64,000 nucleotides of DNA from a virus (IMGVR_UViG_3300037484_000445:1-64000), one strand, 5' to 3'. Positions 16,038 through 23,878 are shown, counted from the first letter of the stretch. Numbers and translations are program-made. Notes: generated by a model not told the origin, from the sequence alone.

Positions 16038-16451
16038 ATGGCCAACGTGAATCAGAAGGGTGTTATAGGTTTGGTTAAGGTGACCGCGGATCTTGTAACA
16101 CGTGGATTCGAAGTATTCACACCGATCTCTGATGCATGTCCTGTAGACCTTATTGCTGCTAATGATGCAATGACACTTCGCAGGATTCAGGTTAAGTATA
16201 GAGAACCTTCTGCTAGAGATCATGTGCTTTTTGTGTCTTTGGACTCTGTGGTTAACGGGAGACGTGTTCCTATAAACTTGAGCCTGTTGGACGGTTGGGC
16301 AATTTATTGTCCTCAGACAGAGAAGGTTTATTACGTCCGTCGGGATGCTGTTAGTCTACGTAGTATACGGTTGTGCTTACAGGATTCCAGACAAAGAAGA
16401 CAAGGTCGTTTAGCTACGGACTTTATGGATCCAGCGAGCCTATGGTTTTGA
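16038..16451 (+). CDS. PD-(D/E)XK endonuclease (homing-endonuclease-like)
   Basis: KGVIG..V..DL..RGFEVF.P..PVDLIA..RIQVKY. Confidence 0.85.
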   Translation: MANVNQKGVIGLVKVTADLVTRGFEVFTPISDACPVDLIAANDAMTLRRIQVKYREPSARDHVLFVSLDSVVNGRRVPINLSLLDGWAIYCPQTEKVYYVRRDAVSLRSIRLCLQDSRQRRQGRLATDFMDPASLWF

Positions 16452-16455
16452 CTTT

Positions 16456-16539
16456 GGAGGGTGACGGGTGTGTGGATACCCAGCCGGTTGCTACCCGGTC
16501 TTCACTGCAAGGTGAGAAGTTCGACTCTTCCTCCCTCCG
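16456..16539 (+). tRNA. tRNA-Ser(GCT), 8/4 fold
   Basis: TT GCT AC, variable arm, T stem GAAG/CTTC. Confidence 0.82.
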
Positions 16540-16564
16540 CTAATTTCCTGGTGTATTGGTCCAC

Positions 16565-17026
16565 ATGAACGTTCTCGAGGCTTTTCAGGAGCTCTGGTCC
16601 AAAGTCAACGTCCCTGGGTGCAGTTGCCCGGACATCGAAATTGGCCAATTACGAGAACTCATGGCTGAGATTTTTCTCAAGGATCTCAGCCCCACGGATA
16701 ATGAGTACGACACGCTTGTTTGGTTAAGTCCTCTCGAGAAGTACATCTGGGCGTATGTCAAGATAGCTCCTGGCAGCACCGCGGAAATAGCCCTCTCTTG
16801 GTTCGAAAAGCATATTGCCAAACCTACTCCTCTGGCGCCAAATGATGAGTGGTCCGAAGAGTATGAAGATGCTTTAAGACAGCACTACGAGAAGGACGAG
16901 GCTGAGAGAAGGGCTTTCGCCAAGACATTCACAGAGGCTGAAAGCCACTTAGTTACTTTGAAGCTCATAGCCCAGCCGCCTGCTGAAGAATTGGGGGAGC
17001 TTCGAGCTCTTGAATTTGAATCGTGA
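16565..17026 (+). CDS. hypothetical protein
   Basis: ATG 9 nt after GGTGTA. Confidence 0.7.
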   Translation: MNVLEAFQELWSKVNVPGCSCPDIEIGQLRELMAEIFLKDLSPTDNEYDTLVWLSPLEKYIWAYVKIAPGSTAEIALSWFEKHIAKPTPLAPNDEWSEEYEDALRQHYEKDEAERRAFAKTFTEAESHLVTLKLIAQPPAEELGELRALEFES

Positions 17027-17028
17027 AT

Positions 17029-17100
17029 GTCCCTATGGTCCAAAGGATGGGCACGAGCCTCCGAAGCTCGTTTATGCTGGTTCGAGTCCAGCTAGGGACG
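17029..17100 (+). tRNA. tRNA-Arg(CCG)
   Basis: cloverleaf, CT CCG AA. Confidence 0.93.
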
Positions 17101-17101
17101 C

Positions 17102-17186
17102 CGCAGGTACCGAGAGACGGTCATCTTACCGGGCTCATAACCCGGCGCCCTAGGCGAAGAGGGTTCAATTCCCCCACCTGCAACCA
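17102..17186 (+). tRNA. initiator-like tRNA-Met(CAT) with a long variable arm
   Basis: C1:A72, CCGGG/CCCGG, CT CAT AA, CGCC-CTA-GGCG arm, ACCA. Confidence 0.75.
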
Positions 17187-17188
17187 AT

Positions 17189-17453
17189 GGCTTCGAGGCC
17201 GAAAGGAAAGGCACAGTCAAACGGAAACTGCTCCTCGAGAAGAGGGCTTAGTGGAGTAGGATCTGCACACGTTGACAGGGTGCTGCTCGGGTCAACCTCT
17301 ACAGATTCGAATTGGTTGAGGATTTGCGGATGCACCGGGCTGTGCCTCAACTGGTAACGGTTGGGGGTGGGCGGGAGTCGCCACAGCAGGGAAGCGCGTT
17401 TACCTCATCTCTTTGCACTTAGCATGCGGGTTCGAATCCCGTCGAAGCCGCCA
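17189..17453 (+). ncRNA. 265-nt RNA with tRNA ends and a large structured insert
   Basis: GGCTTCG/CGAAGCC+GCCA, D arm, T arm GCGGG-TTCGAAT-CCCGT, about 190 nt of hairpins between them. Confidence 0.72.
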
Positions 17454-17454
17454 T

Positions 17455-17529
17455 ATTGGAAACGCTCGTCGGCCGAGCAAGGTCTTCATAAGGCCTCGTT
17501 AGTGGGTTCGACTCCCACTTCCAATACCA
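17455..17529 (+). tRNA. tRNA-Met/Ile2(CAT)
   Basis: ATTGGAA/TTCCAAT, TT CAT AA, ACCA. Confidence 0.85.
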
Positions 17530-17592
17530 CCAAAAACACTACATCTCGCTCATCAATGAAGGTGAGCTATCCGTGGTGTATGGGAGGCTTAA

Positions 17593-19479
17593 ATGCCAAA
17601 TGTAGAGAACCTAGGGCCTGCTGAGCGAATCATCAACTCACTACTGACTTACACGGATCACCTTTTTCATGGGCGTCCGGGTATCGTTACGCCGGACACC
17701 ACACTGGCGACAGGTGCCAAGTGGCAGTTTGCCACCTATGTCGAGAATGCCGGCGTCAAGACGGTCTATGCTCTTCGTGAGAAGGGTCCAGTGACAAAGG
17801 TCGAGATTGCTGAGGGTAAGTCCTTGAAGATCAAGGGCACGGCTTTTGGTGTCCTCGACGCCGACGGCATCACCATCAAGGATCCTCGTGGCCGAAAGAT
17901 TGGTGAGTATCGTTCACCTGGCATCTTCAAGGAAGTTGCTACTTGGATGTTCCGTCAGGTCGCTGAGATCTGGAAGTTGGACAACGAGTTTGCTGCTCGT
18001 TGGGCATCTCACGCCTATGCTGAGGATCATCGAGACCTCAAGGTTATTCTGGCTTCGTTCATGCTGGTTCAGACCCGTAAGGGTGACCCCGTATTGGATG
18101 GGGGTAAGGTAGCTTTCCTTGATGAGGACTACCGTGATGTTGGCGAAGCCATGATCTTGCAGAATGGGGCTAAGTACCTGGATCTAAAGATGATCCTTAG
18201 GATTCTGGGGGTGCTAGAGCTTCCTGAGGTTGCGGCGATCGTGCGAGAGCTTGGATTTGGTAACTCGGCACGTAGTAAGTTCTTGGGCCGGTTCCCGAAG
18301 GTTGCTGAGAAGTGGCTTCGGTATCGAGAAGAGAACCCTCAGTTGCTGAAGGGCTTGATTAAGAGCGGTCAAAGGAGCTCGTTGAAGAGACTGGCTACAA
18401 CCGTTCGATACAAGCCGACCACGCCGAAGTTCTTCAAGGATTTGCGTTGGAAGCAGGTCCAGGCCAAGGACGGTCACCGTGGGCTTGCCATTGGCGAGGC
18501 TGTGAGTGCCGCCGAGACTTGGGCGGATCTACGTGAAGAGCAAATCTGCGAGAGGATTGTTCAGTCCAAGATGAACTTCAAGAGGATTGTTGGCCTTTTG
18601 CCGGAAGCTGTCGGACTTTCTCGTGCTGTTATGGCAGCTGCGATCGAGGCTGGTTCACTTTCGGATAAGGACTTGATCCTTTACACGCCGACGCTGGAAG
18701 AGCTTGGTCTGCTCAAGGTTCCAGCTATTCACGGGAAGTGGCAGTTGGCTCTTAAGGCTGCCGAAGACCAGAGGGCTGCTAACGTAGCTACTCGAGTCAA
18801 GGGCAAGGAAACCAAGGAACTACTGCAGGGTGCCGCAGACACGGCTATGCAAAAGGCTGTGGAAGAGGTAATCCGAGGTATGAGGGTCTACTTCATCGTA
18901 GACATCTCGGGCTCGATGGAAAACGCCATTGAGCAGGCCAAGGTCAACATCACCAAGTTCTTGCCGGGTTTCCCGCTCGACAAGATCCACGTTTCGGTCT
19001 TCAATACCTCCGGTCGGGAGATCGCCCTCAAGCATGCTACGGCGGCTGGGGTCGAGAATGCCTTCCGTGGTATCAAGGCCAGCGGTGGAACTAGCTACGG
19101 TGCAGGTGTCATGGCTCTCCATACACACAAGCCTAAGGCTGAAGAAGACGCCCTGTTCTTCTTCATTGGTGACGAGGAGGCCACCCCCTTTGCTCAGGAT
19201 GTAAGGATGTCGGGTATCAATCCGGTAGCCTTCGCTTTCATCAAGGTAAGGGTTAATGGCTACTCTGCTGTTAGGGATACGGCCCAGGCTCTGGGGATCC
19301 CTTGCATCATGGTGGACCAGAACACCTTTGAAGACCCGTATGCTATCCCTCGGACTATTCGCAACTTAATTGCGGCAACTCCTGTGGGACGTGCTCCGGC
19401 CAGGATCCAGCAGCGTGAAACGTTGGTAGACGTGATCCTTAAGACGCCTCTACTGACGAAGCCGGCTTGGGCGGCATAA
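17593..19479 (+). CDS. Ro60/TROVE-like helical protein with C-terminal vWA (MIDAS) domain
   Basis: VDISGSM, GGTSY, IGDEE MIDAS motifs; basic helical N-terminal 400 aa; vWA is firm, TROVE is inferred from architecture and RNA context. Confidence 0.65.
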   Translation: MPNVENLGPAERIINSLLTYTDHLFHGRPGIVTPDTTLATGAKWQFATYVENAGVKTVYALREKGPVTKVEIAEGKSLKIKGTAFGVLDADGITIKDPRGRKIGEYRSPGIFKEVATWMFRQVAEIWKLDNEFAARWASHAYAEDHRDLKVILASFMLVQTRKGDPVLDGGKVAFLDEDYRDVGEAMILQNGAKYLDLKMILRILGVLELPEVAAIVRELGFGNSARSKFLGRFPKVAEKWLRYREENPQLLKGLIKSGQRSSLKRLATTVRYKPTTPKFFKDLRWKQVQAKDGHRGLAIGEAVSAAETWADLREEQICERIVQSKMNFKRIVGLLPEAVGLSRAVMAAAIEAGSLSDKDLILYTPTLEELGLLKVPAIHGKWQLALKAAEDQRAANVATRVKGKETKELLQGAADTAMQKAVEEVIRGMRVYFIVDISGSMENAIEQAKVNITKFLPGFPLDKIHVSVFNTSGREIALKHATAAGVENAFRGIKASGGTSYGAGVMALHTHKPKAEEDALFFFIGDEEATPFAQDVRMSGINPVAFAFIKVRVNGYSAVRDTAQALGIPCIMVDQNTFEDPYAIPRTIRNLIAATPVGRAPARIQQRETLVDVILKTPLLTKPAWAA

Positions 19480-19556
19480 ATCGAAGTTTGAGGGGTCGGT
19501 TGCGTAAAACGTGACCGACCCTTTGCTTCATTACTTTTTAGGTGTATATACACCAC

Positions 19557-20513
19557 ATGTCTTGGCGCGATCTACTCCAGGCGGTTGATGAAACCCTGAG
19601 CTACCCGTGGACGGGTGGACGGACCCTTAGGGGATCCGATGATAGGCGCTTGACCGTTGAGGGCCGACTTCCTAGGGAGTATGGTTGGTGTACTTTCAAG
19701 GTTTTAGGACGTAAGGCTCGCTATACGTCTCCTGCGGAGCCTCAGCCTTTGGGATTCAAAGTTTTGGGTTACCTTGTGGGAGACCGCTTCATTTCGGATG
19801 GTGTTCGTGTTGACCCGGATCCCCAGACCATTGCTACCTTTTCTGAGCCGGTCCACATCTTGGAGGACGGTCTCGATCGATTCGTTAGAATATCCGCTGG
19901 CCGGATCTTTGACGACGGACCCCTGATCTACGATGCTCTGGAGATGCCTTTGGGGCCCGAGGAAGCGGTCCTGGAAGCCTTCTTGGACCAGAAACCATCC
20001 GTAAGCCACATTCCTGGCGTTGTACCGGCTCTAGACGCTGCTTTCAGGCTGGAGACCTATCAGAGAGTCGAGGCCGAGAGACGCCGCCTAGAAGAGGAAC
20101 GTAGGCTTCGGGAAGAGGGAGAGGCCCGGCAGAGAGAAGAGCGTCGCCAGGAGCTGATCAAGCAACTGGGAGACGGCCGAGGGCGAAGGGCTCTGGCTGC
20201 CCAAGACTTTGGCACTGCGGCACGGGCGGCTTTGGCCATTGGCGGGGCCGAGTATCTGGATCACCGTCGCTCTGTCAATCGTGGTGAAATGGTCGTCAGG
20301 TTTAGGCTCAATCACCGTCGGTTCGAGTGCGTTTGTGCTGAAAGGACCCTTGCCATCATTGACTCGGGAATCTGTCTCACGGCTCACTACGATGATCCGA
20401 ACTTTACCGGCGGTACGAAAGGAGACGGCTGGTTCACCTTGGAAAGTCTACCTTCGGTAATTCTCGAGGCAGAGAGGCTAGGCCGCTTGGTGGTGTATAG
20501 ACACGTGGACTAG
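19557..20513 (+). CDS. putative E2-like (UBC-fold) conjugating enzyme with central coiled coil
   Basis: IIDSGICL (cf. E2 G.ICL catalytic Cys) followed by WFTLESLPSVI; next to JAB/Ubl/E1. Confidence 0.6.
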   Translation: MSWRDLLQAVDETLSYPWTGGRTLRGSDDRRLTVEGRLPREYGWCTFKVLGRKARYTSPAEPQPLGFKVLGYLVGDRFISDGVRVDPDPQTIATFSEPVHILEDGLDRFVRISAGRIFDDGPLIYDALEMPLGPEEAVLEAFLDQKPSVSHIPGVVPALDAAFRLETYQRVEAERRRLEEERRLREEGEARQREERRQELIKQLGDGRGRRALAAQDFGTAARAALAIGGAEYLDHRRSVNRGEMVVRFRLNHRRFECVCAERTLAIIDSGICLTAHYDDPNFTGGTKGDGWFTLESLPSVILEAERLGRLVVYRHVD

Positions 20514-20521
20514 GAGACCCT

Positions 20522-20911
20522 ATGCAAGAAGCCGGTGTGTTGGTAGACTTTCGAGGCAACCCGATTTATTGGCATCTGCCAGCAAATCGGGGAACGATAG
20601 TTTTGCCCGATAGTCGAGATCTTTGGAAAGCCTTCGAGGAAAAACGTGACAGGGTTTATGGGTACGCCCATAGTCATCCTGGATCCGGGATGCCCGCGGC
20701 TTCAGCCGAAGATATCACGAGCTTTTCTGCAATTGAGAGAGGCCTTGGGCGTCGACTAGTCTGGTGGATTGCTACGGCCACAGACGTCAAACACTACTTG
20801 TGGCGAGGCCCTGACGAGTACCTTTATCGGGGTTACGCAGACACTATGGTTCCTCATGGCTTTGCTTGGTTGGATGAGCTTAGGAACCTTTCACACTACG
20901 ATGGGAGATGA
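20522..20911 (+). CDS. JAB/MPN (JAMM) metalloprotease, deubiquitinase-like
   Basis: N-terminal EAGVL, HSHPGSGMPAASAED (HxH-x7-S-x2-D). Confidence 0.9.
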   Translation: MQEAGVLVDFRGNPIYWHLPANRGTIVLPDSRDLWKAFEEKRDRVYGYAHSHPGSGMPAASAEDITSFSAIERGLGRRLVWWIATATDVKHYLWRGPDEYLYRGYADTMVPHGFAWLDELRNLSHYDGR

Positions 20912-21168
20912 ATATGGAAGACTTTGAAGCACGGGTAAACGTTACATACATGGGCGCCAACGGAGATCTTCCGGACCCTGTGAAGTACGACGCCACGGAT
21001 GCCGAGATCCTTGGTTGGGTAACGGAAGCCATTCGTACTGGCGGTGTCCCTGGTATTCCGGAAGACGCTAACGCCAACCTGACGGATTTCGTTGTCGATC
21101 GGTTTGGTCCTAGCGAACCGACTCCGTACAACCGCCTGATGGTGCGTCCCAAGACGCCCTTCGGTTGA
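20908..21168 (+). CDS. ubiquitin-like (beta-grasp) protein
   Basis: 86 aa, ends RPKTPFG with a C-terminal Gly; lies between JAB and E1. Confidence 0.75.
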   Translation: MNMEDFEARVNVTYMGANGDLPDPVKYDATDAEILGWVTEAIRTGGVPGIPEDANANLTDFVVDRFGPSEPTPYNRLMVRPKTPFG

Positions 21169-21186
21169 ACACCTTGCGAGGGTACC

Positions 21187-21762
21187 ATGGCCTTGATTAC
21201 AATTGTTGGTGTAGGAGCTCTTGGGTCACACGTGGCTCAATTCCTCCGAAACGCGGAAGCTGAGATCAAAGTCATCGACTTCGATCGTATTGAGACCAAG
21301 AACACGAAGTCTCAATTTCATAGCTCGCCCAACGTGGGCAAGCTCAAGGCGCCCTCGCTTCAGCAGACCTTGAACTTCTTGTTCAAGACGAAAATCACAG
21401 TGGTTTCTCACAAGCTGGTTGATGACAACGTCAATCAGCTTTTGGGTGGATCCAACCTCGTGATCGACTGCTTGGATAACGGTACAGCTCGGAGATTGGT
21501 CCAAACATTCTCTCGTGCTCAAGGAATCCCGTGCTTGCACGGGGCTTTGGCTGCGGATGGAGCTTTTGGTCAAGTTCTCTGGACTGAGCACTTTCGAATC
21601 GACGATGAGGTGGGTGCGGGGGCGGCGACCTGCGAAGATGGAGCTCATCTTCCGTTCATCGCCTTGGTCTCCAGCCTCATGGCACAGTCAGCTCAGACGT
21701 TCCTGCGAAGCGGGAAGAAGTTGAATTTTCAAATACATCCGACGGGCGTAATCTCCGTCTGA
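21187..21762 (+). CDS. E1-like ThiF/MoeB adenylyltransferase
   Basis: VGVGALGS, IDFDRIETKN, DCLDN..R, ATCED (candidate catalytic Cys). Confidence 0.92.
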   Translation: MALITIVGVGALGSHVAQFLRNAEAEIKVIDFDRIETKNTKSQFHSSPNVGKLKAPSLQQTLNFLFKTKITVVSHKLVDDNVNQLLGGSNLVIDCLDNGTARRLVQTFSRAQGIPCLHGALAADGAFGQVLWTEHFRIDDEVGAGAATCEDGAHLPFIALVSSLMAQSAQTFLRSGKKLNFQIHPTGVISV

Positions 21763-21834
21763 TTTTCTCTCGACATCGATTCGAGGTCGGTGTATACAAG
21801 GACTGCAGCTGGGGAATGCTTCCCCAGCACTCAC

Positions 21835-21967
21835 GGCGGATACGAGGCATGGGCCTCACCAGACACATAATCTGGATGCGAAAGCATCACTGCCTAGCGT
21901 CTCGGTCCCGCAAGGGACCCTTAGTTTAGGCCTACAAGCACACTTGGTTCGATTCCAAGATCCGCCA
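21835..21967 (+). ncRNA. tRNA-ended RNA with module in the variable loop (element H; paralog of F)
   Basis: GGCGGAT/ATCCGCC, CCAGA-CACATAA-TCTGG, GGTCCC-GCAA-GGGACC, CTACAAGCA, T arm. Confidence 0.82.
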
Positions 21968-21969
21968 CC

Positions 21970-22120
21970 TGGCTTCACTCCCACGTAGAGATCAAACACG
22001 CATCTGTTGGTTCGAGTCCAACTTTTTCCGTCACAAACTGGAAAAATAGCCTAACTGGTAAAGGCAATCGTCTGAAACACGATCAATTGTACTACCGGTC
22101 TCAACACTCGAGTGAAGTCA
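21970..22120 (+). ncRNA. circularly permuted tRNA-like RNA (element D)
   Basis: TGGCTTCACTC/GAGTGAAGTCA; GAGATC/GGTCTC; AAACACGCA; T arm, TTTTTCC/GGAAAAA, D arm, anticodon arm CT GAA AC. Confidence 0.85.
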
Positions 22121-22126
22121 AACTAA

Positions 22127-22251
22127 CCCGGTAAAAGGGCAATGGCAGCCCACCTGTTTTAGGGATAGGCATAGTCGCTCGGACGACTCGACCTCGCAAG
22201 GGGTCTCCAGAACGAGCATACAAGCATGTGGTTCGAATCCACATACCGGGA
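22127..22251 (+). ncRNA. tRNA-ended RNA with module in the variable loop (element I)
   Basis: CCCGGTA/TACCGGG, D arm, loop TT TAG GG, GCTCG..ACTC-GACCTC-GCAA-GGGGTC..CGAGC-ATACAAGCA, T arm. Confidence 0.82.
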
Positions 22252-22252
22252 C

Positions 22253-22386
22253 TGAGGGTCACCCCCTCTAGTATACATACAAGCAAACTAGCTCAGTCGG
22301 TAGAGCATCCGCCTCATAAGCAGAACGTCGTCGGTTCAAATCCGACATTTGCACCTTTAGTCGTATACTTTCTCGGGTGACCTTCA
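22253..22386 (+). ncRNA. module enclosing a normal-order tRNA(CAT)-like body (element E)
   Basis: TGAGGGTCACCC/GGGTGACCTTCA; GTATAC/GTATAC; ATACAAGCA; D, anticodon (CT CAT AA) and T arms. Confidence 0.83.
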
Positions 22387-22418
22387 ACATCTAGCTCTCC
22401 ACCACGTGTGGAAGGAAT

Positions 22419-22451
22419 ACGAAGCCGTCTCACAGGGCGGCTTCGTCTTTT
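22419..22451 (+). terminator. intrinsic terminator-like hairpin
   Basis: ACGAAGCCGTCT..GGGCGGCTTCGT followed by CTTTT. Confidence 0.55.
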
Positions 22452-22521
22452 CCGGGATCATCCAACGGCAGGATGCCGGCCTTTGAAGCCGAGAATCATG
22501 GTTCGAGTCCATGTCCCGGAA
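22451..22521 (+). tRNA. tRNA-Gln(TTG)
   Basis: cloverleaf, CT TTG AA. Confidence 0.92.
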
Positions 22522-22557
22522 CCGATAACCCTTTGATGGTTCACTTACTACGTCTGC

Positions 22558-22631
22558 TGGGAACTCATCCAATGGTAGGATACCGGCCTCTGAAGCCGTT
22601 CATCTAGGTTCGAATCCCAGGTTCCCAACCA
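22558..22631 (+). tRNA. tRNA-Gln(CTG)
   Basis: cloverleaf, CT CTG AA, ACCA. Confidence 0.9.
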
Positions 22632-22695
22632 ACCCTATGACCCCAACCCCTTCCAAGTTCACTATCAAGCCGCTGGCGGCGGCAAGGAGTGAACA

Positions 22696-22896
22696 ATGGC
22701 TCATCATAAGCGTAGAAGGCGTCGTAGAGGCGGTATTTTAGGTTGTTGCGGTATGTGCATGCTCCGCAAGACCGATGGTCGTAGAAACAGCCGACGGTTG
22801 ACTTTACAGGACAAGGCCAGTTTACTGAAGCTCGTAGAAGGACTAGACGAGTGTGGCCAAGCTTCCGAAAGAGATCATCATCGAGGAGATCCATAA
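22696..22896 (+). CDS. small Arg-rich, Cys-containing protein
   Basis: AAGGAG SD; KRRRRRR, CCGMC. Confidence 0.5.
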   Translation: MAHHKRRRRRRGGILGCCGMCMLRKTDGRRNSRRLTLQDKASLLKLVEGLDECGQASERDHHRGDP

Positions 22897-23245
22897 GGTC
22901 GACTATTCTTACGGAGACTTCGTGGAGATGCTTGAGGATATCAAGCGTCTCCGTCGTAAAACAGGTTGGCTGGTTCTATCCATCACGTCGTCATCCTCGG
23001 ATAATCTCGTGTACTTGGTAGCGGGTGATGAAGGATCAGCCTCCTTCGGCATACCTGTAAAGGTTCTGAGTCGAACGCTTTGGACTAGTCGCTACCCTAA
23101 CAATCCTGAGGTGGGGGGTTTGCGTCGAACCATTTTTGGACGTGGTGGTGTAGATAAGATTGCTGCCATGCTGAACGAAACCCCAAGAGAAGCCGATTTG
23201 GAGGGCCCTACGCCCTTAGACCGGATCCTGAACGAGGACCCCTAG
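22853..23245 (+). CDS. hypothetical protein
   Basis: 130 aa ORF. Confidence 0.6.
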   Translation: MAKLPKEIIIEEIHKVDYSYGDFVEMLEDIKRLRRKTGWLVLSITSSSSDNLVYLVAGDEGSASFGIPVKVLSRTLWTSRYPNNPEVGGLRRTIFGRGGVDKIAAMLNETPREADLEGPTPLDRILNEDP

Positions 23246-23248
23246 AGA

Positions 23249-23644
23249 ATGGTCTTCGAGGACATCTACGAGCTCTTGGAGGCTGTTCGGGCCTATCGAC
23301 TAAGGTCTAAGGAGAGCCTGATTCAGGTGTGTTCTACCACGGGCCTCACCTTTGGGTATTACACGGCAGATAGTGACTTCCCCACAATCTCTTGGACTAT
23401 TGATCTGAACGTAGCCAAGGCCACAGCTCTTGCGCGAGGGACCCGTGAATCACTTCACATTCGGGAACTGTTGTCGAGCTTCATGGGTCGACGACAGCTT
23501 CTCATTGAACTTCGTGAGGGCATTCTAGACTATGGTGTTGCCGCCACTCCAAGGCCACCTGTAGTAGGGATCGAGGGTTCCTCGCCCCTTCCTGTTGATG
23601 ACCCCGCTAATGGGCTAGAACAATGCCTAATCCCCGGTCTGTAG
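23249..23644 (+). CDS. hypothetical protein
   Basis: 131 aa ORF. Confidence 0.6.
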   Translation: MVFEDIYELLEAVRAYRLRSKESLIQVCSTTGLTFGYYTADSDFPTISWTIDLNVAKATALARGTRESLHIRELLSSFMGRRQLLIELREGILDYGVAATPRPPVVGIEGSSPLPVDDPANGLEQCLIPGL

Positions 23645-23650
23645 AATCAT

Positions 23651-23725
23651 GCTGGCGTAGCTCAACGGTAGAGCACCGGTTTTGTAAACCGGCGGTTATG
23701 GGTTCGATTCCCTTTGCCAGCTCCA
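23651..23725 (+). tRNA. tRNA-Thr(TGT)
   Basis: TT TGT AA, CCA. Confidence 0.95.
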
Positions 23726-23726
23726 T

Positions 23727-23798
23727 GCGAACGTAGCTCAAGGGTAGAGTACTAGCTTCCCATGCTGGTTGTTGAGGGTTCGATTCCCTTCGTTCGCT
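23727..23798 (+). tRNA. tRNA-Gly(CCC)
   Basis: TT CCC AT. Confidence 0.93.
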
Positions 23799-23803
23799 CT
23801 GAT

Positions 23804-23878
23804 GCTCTAGTGGTCCAAAGGATGGGCAGCGGCCTTCGAAGCCGCCTTATGTTGGTTCGAGTCCAACCTAGAGCGCCA
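23804..23878 (+). tRNA. tRNA-Arg(TCG)
   Basis: CT TCG AA, GCCA. Confidence 0.93.

Noticed and set aside
7599-17624. Many ORF-track ORFs overlapping tRNAs (e.g. 7599-7883, 8643-8873, 10644-11003, 11447-12199, 12349-12567, 13318-13572, 17023-17259, 17361-17624)
   Set aside because: They are translations of tRNA or ncRNA sequence (GIEP, VRFP, GSIP patterns), not proteins
20522-21762. ThiS/MoaD sulfur-transfer (thiamine, molybdopterin or tRNA thiolation) pathway
   Set aside because: No ThiG, MoaE, rhodanese or thiouridylase nearby, and an E2-like gene is present; disfavoured though not strictly excluded
8687-22120. Permuted tRNA genes matured by splicing, as in red algae or archaea
   Set aside because: No bulge-helix-bulge at the junctions, the break is in the variable loop, and the same module occurs in non-permuted copies; a retained domain fits better
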